Assembly: GCF_055900595.2 (NCBI RefSeq) | Contig: NZ_CM148325.1 | Direction: 5' to 3' (one strand) | Length of the DNA: 64,000 nucleotides | Shown here: positions 60,027 to 64,000 of the stretch, in pieces | Numbering within the stretch: the first letter of the stretch is position 1 | How the letters are laid out: each line of letters starts with the position of its first letter | Program-made: the position numbers and the translations under genes | The notes under the pieces: model-generated | Told to the model about the DNA's origin: nothing | Databases searched by the model: none | Seen by the model: only the letters and a program-made list of their open reading frames with translations

Positions 60027-60494
60027 TCAGCGAGTTTGCTCAGGTGCAGGGATGACCGAAATTGTCATGTATTTTTTCAGTCTGGCTTCTCGTTTCACAC
60101 CTTTCGGATCTGAACCAAAAGGAAGCGTCAAGCATGGTGAGTCAACGGTTTGGATTGTCCAGAGAGAATCACCAATGAATCTGAAATTGATGCTATCCGC
60201 TGTAACGGATAATCCCTCAAAACTTCCCGTCGCATACTCATTACCCAAACGTACGGTCTCTTTAACTCCATCGTTAACATCGATAAGGACAATTGTCAGT
60301 GATTCCTCAAAAATAACGTCATCCGTCAGAAAAAGGATATAACGCTGGTCATTAACCTGAATTGCCGCTTCCAGTATTTGCCCTGGTACAATAATACCTG
60401 TGTTATTGCCATTGAGCACAACGTCAGACTGAGCCTGAGATAAATCAGTCGCTTTGTGAACCTTGACCAACGATATCGAATTAACCTGTTGCAT
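60027..60494 (-). CDS. hypothetical protein (about 155 aa), AT-rich, immunity-protein-like context
   Basis: ATG at 60494 lies 2 nt after the stop of the upstream glycine-zipper reading frame; the ORF track extends it to a GTG at 60587 in a way that would overlap that frame. Confidence 0.4.
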   Translation of the reverse strand: MQQVNSISLVKVHKATDLSQAQSDVVLNGNNTGIIVPGQILEAAIQVNDQRYILFLTDDVIFEESLTIVLIDVNDGVKETVRLGNEYATGSFEGLSVTADSINFRFIGDSLWTIQTVDSPCLTLPFGSDPKGVKREARLKKYMTISVIPAPEQTR

Positions 60495-60496
60495 AA

Positions 60497-60637
60497 TCAA
60501 TTCCACAAGCGCCCCATTTCCCATGCGGCAAGTGCACCGCCGACAAAGCCGCCAATAAGTACGCAAACAGGTGCTCCTGGACCACACATCAATCCGGTCA
60601 ACGCACCGCCTGCGACAGCACCGGCAATAATATTCAT
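60497..60637 (-). CDS. 46-codon glycine-zipper reading frame (possible toxin C-terminal remnant or small membrane peptide)
   Basis: Manual translation MNIIAGAVAGGALTGLMCGPGAPVCVLIGGFVGGALAAWEMGRLWN*; no good Shine-Dalgarno; in-frame sequence upstream runs 35 codons to a stop with no other ATG. Confidence 0.25.
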   Translation of the reverse strand: MNIIAGAVAGGALTGLMCGPGAPVCVLIGGFVGGALAAWEMGRLWN

Positions 60638-60820
60638 CCGGGTACGACTGCCAGTGGTTTTAACAGATTTACGCTCACCGTTACGTATCCTGCCACCACT
60701 CAGGTTGCAGACGCGGCAGTCACAGCCTTGACGGTGTTGAAACTAAAGTTCAGGTGATAGTCTGATGTTCATAGTTTGAGCATTATCCCCTGACAGAATA
60801 AAATCAAGCAGTGTCAATGA

Positions 60821-61078
60821 TCACGTGTATATATCATTTAAAGCATTATCAAGCCAATCTTCCATGTTTTTAATTTTAGCCCGCGCATATAAATCATTCA
60901 TAACATCCTCATAACTCTGCCCATCATTGACCATACAATTAGCTGTATGAGGCAGAACATGTATAAAATCAGACAATATAAAACAAGCCTTTGAATTTCC
61001 AGAGTTAGCTGCAATTCTGATATCAATCAATCCTCTGGCAATCAATTTAAGAATAACATCTTGCATTTTAATTTCCAT
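60821..61078 (-). CDS. hypothetical small protein (85 aa), AT-rich
   Basis: ATG-initiated ORF in the AT-rich array; no recognisable motif. Confidence 0.35.
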   Translation of the reverse strand: MEIKMQDVILKLIARGLIDIRIAANSGNSKACFILSDFIHVLPHTANCMVNDGQSYEDVMNDLYARAKIKNMEDWLDNALNDIYT

Positions 61079-61160
61079 ATCATCCAGTTAAATTTCAGTA
61101 GTAAATCGTCTATCAAAAAAAGATGAAATTAACATTCATAAATTTATTACAATATGAAAA

Positions 61161-61514
61161 TCAAAAATATACATCATCAGCTTCTTCCGAAAACTCCATG
61201 GCTCCTAAGGCACCTAAATCAATACTAAATATAGTATCACTTTCCTTAGCACTCCCAACATAGATAAAATAGCCTAAATCTCCGTCTTGACCTATCAAAA
61301 AATAGTCAGGTTCCACTTGTTGAATATCATATGTTTCATTTCTTTCAATAAGATCAGAATAGTTATATAAATATAATGTTTCGTGCTTCTTATTAGTTAT
61401 TTCATAGGTCTCACTATCTTTAATTTCTTCTATCAAAAAATGTTTATACACTGGAGGAAACTTGATTGACATGTCAAATTCAATTTTATTTATATATTCT
61501 ATAATTTTATTCAT
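61161..61514 (-). CDS. hypothetical small acidic protein (117 aa), AT-rich
   Basis: ATG-initiated ORF; acidic, Tyr/Glu/Asp-rich, reminiscent of immunity-type proteins; no recognisable motif. Confidence 0.4.
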   Translation of the reverse strand: MNKIIEYINKIEFDMSIKFPPVYKHFLIEEIKDSETYEITNKKHETLYLYNYSDLIERNETYDIQQVEPDYFLIGQDGDLGYFIYVGSAKESDTIFSIDLGALGAMEFSEEADDVYF

Positions 61515-61798
61515 GTTAAGAATACATGAAAGATTATTTATTGATTATCTTGATGAATATATCTTCACTTTTTATTTTCATTTACTCATCGCGGAAATAC
61601 ACATTGCCTTGTAGACAAGCGCTAATAATACGTTATGAACCTGACTTCCGCCAGACAATCAATCTATGAATTCATTACGCCGTAGTGTTTTAGAAAGACA
61701 CTTTCTGACCAGATGGTGAACCATATACTACATCGCGCATTATAAAAAAACCGCCAGCGTTTCCACTAGCGGTTTTCAATGTTTTCAAAACTCAGCAA

Positions 61799-62005
61799 TC
61801 AGTAAAAATCACCGGTTGCCTTTTCGGCCTGATCCATCCACACCGGTTTATCGCTGGTTTTCGACCAGACGCGATGCAGATAGCTGTAAAAGCGGGCGCG
61901 GTCTTTCCAGAAAAGCATGAAAGGCAGCGCCAGAACGCCCGCTGCAACCGCATAAGTACGGCGTAAAAAGATAAGCCATGCAGGATATTCTCTGTAGAGT
62001 TCCAT
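61799..62005 (-). CDS. ybfA: DUF2517-family small protein YbfA
   Basis: 68 aa ORF with a strong AAGGGGGAG ribosome-binding site; position beside kdpF as in K-12. Confidence 0.75.
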
Positions 62006-62215
62006 ACTTTTCTCCCCCTTTTGTATCTACCCGGTGAATGGCACCGGAAAAATGAATTTGTTTATCTGATGAAAATAGTACCGCCTTTTGTGTAATTTTA
62101 CTACTCATCCGACCACTTATTTTTGCTTATTGATGGTTTATTTACATTCACACTGTAATTAAGTTACACAAAAGTTAAATTAATACTAACCATCAGTTAA
62201 ATCATGGCTTTTGCC

Positions 62216-62236
62216 ATTTTTATACTTTTTTTACAT
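62216..62236 (+). promoter_or_regulatory. KdpE binding site in the kdpFABC promoter
   Basis: TTTTTATACTTTTTTTACAT, the T-rich direct-repeat KdpE operator, about 85 bp upstream of the kdpF start. Confidence 0.5.
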
Positions 62237-62317
62237 CCCGCCCGAAGATTTTTGCGAAATCTTTGCAGCCAGAATTCTACCCTTCCGGTATCACTTTTAG
62301 GCCACTGGAGGTGCACT

Positions 62318-62407
62318 GTGAGTGCAGGCGTGATAGCCGGCGTGTTGCTGGTGTTTTTATTACTGGGTTATCTGGTTTATGCCCTGATCAATGCGGAGGC
62401 GTTCTGA
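62318..62407 (+). CDS. kdpF: K+-transporting ATPase subunit F (29 aa)
   Basis: GTG-initiated (M)[28 protein letters not shown]; stop overlaps the kdpA ATG. Confidence 0.85.
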   Translation: MSAGVIAGVLLVFLLLGYLVYALINAEAF

Positions 62408-64000
62408 TGGCTGCGCAAGGGTTCTTACTGATTGCCACGTTTTTACTGGTGTTAATGGTGCTGGCGCGCCCTTTGGGCAGTGGGCTGGCGCGGCTGATTA
62501 ATGACATACCTCTTCCCGGTACAGCGGGCGTTGAACGTATACTCTTTCGTTTACCTGGCGTCTCTGACAGTGAGATGAACTGGAAGCAGTATCTCTGTGC
62601 CATTCTCGGCCTGAACATGCTGGGGCTGGCGGTGCTGTTTTTTATGTTGCTCGGTCAGCACTATCTGCCGCTTAATCCACAGCAGTTGCCAGGGCTGTCG
62701 TGGGATCTGGCGCTGAATACCGCCGTCAGCTTTGTCACGAATACCAACTGGCAATCTTACAGCGGTGAAACCACGTTGAGCTATTTCAGCCAGATGGCGG
62801 GCTTAACGGTGCAAAACTTTCTTTCTGCCGCCAGCGGGATTGCGGTGATTTTTGCCCTCATTCGTGCATTTACCCGCCAGAGCATGAGCACACTCGGGAA
62901 TGCCTGGATCGATCTGCTACGCATCACGTTATGGGTGCTAGTCCCTGTGGCGTTGTTGATCGCACTGTTTTTTATTCAACAAGGTGCGCTGCAAAACTTT
63001 CTGCCCTATCAGGCGGTGAATACCGTTGAAGGAGCGCAACAGCTGTTACCCATGGGGCCTGTAGCTTCTCAGGAAGCGATCAAGATGCTCGGTACTAACG
63101 GCGGTGGCTTCTTTAATGCCAACTCGTCGCATCCGTTTGAAAACCCAACCGCACTGACCAACTTCGTGCAGATGCTGGCGATCTTCTTGATCCCAACAGC
63201 GCTGTGCTTTGCCTTTGGTGAAGTGGCAGGCGATCGCCGCCAGGGGCGCATGTTGCTGTGGGCGATGTCAGTGATTTTTGTCATCTGCGTAGGCGTGGTG
63301 ATGTGGGCAGAAGTTCAGGGTAATCCTCATCTGCTGGCGCTGGGTGCGGACAGCAGCATCAATATGGAAGGTAAAGAGAGTCGTTTCGGCGTGCTGGTCA
63401 GTAGCCTGTTTGCGGTCGTGACTACGGCGGCTTCCTGTGGCGCGGTGATTGCGATGCATGATTCGTTTACCGCTCTCGGTGGCATGGTGCCGATGTGGCT
63501 GATGCAAATTGGTGAAGTGGTATTCGGCGGTGTCGGTTCTGGTCTTTACGGCATGATGCTGTTTGTTCTGCTGGCGGTGTTTATTGCCGGGCTGATGATT
63601 GGTCGTACACCGGAATATCTGGGTAAAAAAATCGACGTACGTGAGATGAAACTGACTGCACTGGCGATTCTGGTCACCCCGACGCTGGTGCTGATGGGCG
63701 CGGCGCTGGCAATGATGACCGATGCCGGACGTAGCGCCATGCTCAACCCTGGCCCGCATGGTTTTAGCGAAGTGCTGTACGCCGTGTCATCCGCCGCTAA
63801 CAACAACGGCAGCGCCTTTGCCGGATTAAGCGCCAACTCCCCGTTCTGGAACTGTTTACTTGCGTTCTGCATGTTTGTCGGTCGCTTCGGGGTGATTATC
63901 CCGGTGATGGCAATTGCCGGTTCGCTGGTGAGTAAAAAGAGCCAACCCGCCAGCTCCGGCACGCTGCCAACGCACGGCCCGCTGTTTGTTGGCCTGTTAA
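62407..64000 (+). CDS. kdpA: K+-transporting ATPase subunit A (partial, runs off window end)
   Basis: [31 protein letters not shown]... open to the end of the window; absent from the ORF track only because there is no stop codon in the window. Confidence 0.9.
   Translation, partial: MAAQGFLLIATFLLVLMVLARPLGSGLARLINDIPLPGTAGVERILFRLPGVSDSEMNWKQYLCAILGLNMLGLAVLFFMLLGQHYLPLNPQQLPGLSWDLALNTAVSFVTNTNWQSYSGETTLSYFSQMAGLTVQNFLSAASGIAVIFALIRAFTRQSMSTLGNAWIDLLRITLWVLVPVALLIALFFIQQGALQNFLPYQAVNTVEGAQQLLPMGPVASQEAIKMLGTNGGGFFNANSSHPFENPTALTNFVQMLAIFLIPTALCFAFGEVAGDRRQGRMLLWAMSVIFVICVGVVMWAEVQGNPHLLALGADSSINMEGKESRFGVLVSSLFAVVTTAASCGAVIAMHDSFTALGGMVPMWLMQIGEVVFGGVGSGLYGMMLFVLLAVFIAGLMIGRTPEYLGKKIDVREMKLTALAILVTPTLVLMGAALAMMTDAGRSAMLNPGPHGFSEVLYAVSSAANNNGSAFAGLSANSPFWNCLLAFCMFVGRFGVIIPVMAIAGSLVSKKSQPASSGTLPTHGPLFVGLL

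Noticed and set aside
61745-61785. A-run / ccgccagcg...gcgg / T-run downstream of ybfA as a terminator
   Set aside because: The stem is short and imperfect, so it is not reported as a feature, though it may still act as a weak bidirectional terminator.

Overview
This window is an Escherichia coli chromosomal segment in the gal–tol–cyd–suc–sdh–gltA–kdp neighbourhood, read in the reverse of the usual K-12 orientation. Protein identities were assigned by reading the supplied translations against remembered E. coli and Clostridium sequences; no database search was run. The conserved backbone is galK(3' end)-galM-gpmA-aroG-ybgS-zitB-pnuC-nadA, the seven-gene lysT tRNA operon (5 Lys, 2 Val), cpoB-pal-tolBARQ-ybgC, ybgE-cydX-cydBA, sucDCBA-sdhBADC, gltA, the ybgDQPO fimbrial operon, abrB, nei-pxpACB-ybgI, dtpD, phr-ybgA, ybfA and kdpF-kdpA (partial). 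Two places differ from what I remember of K-12. (1) Between cydA and sucD, where K-12 has mngR-mngA-mngB, there is a roughly 15 kb insert (about 18.3-33.3 kb): two AT-rich ORFs of unknown function, then a coenzyme-B12-dependent glutamate fermentation (methylaspartate/mesaconate) operon — glmS-glmL-glmE, methylaspartate ammonia-lyase, an uncharacterised two-gene pair, a glutamate-type symporter, a class I fumarase paralog (mesaconase, FumD-like) and a BtuR-like adenosyltransferase — followed by a LysR regulator divergent from an RtcB-family RNA ligase paralog. I recall this glutamate-fermentation cluster being described for E. coli O157:H7-type genomes, so it is probably not new as a whole; the unexplained parts are the two leading ORFs, the embedded two-gene pair and the LysR/RtcB pair. 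(2) Between ybgA and ybfA, where K-12 has rhsC and H-repeat genes, there is a roughly 2 kb AT-rich array of four or five small same-strand ORFs, including a 46-codon glycine-zipper reading frame 2 nt upstream of the next ORF, which looks like an orphan toxin/immunity-type array. The tRNA locus also carries pseudo-tRNA spacer elements and a tandem ~157 bp repeat. No CRISPR array, integrase, transposase or prophage gene was seen.
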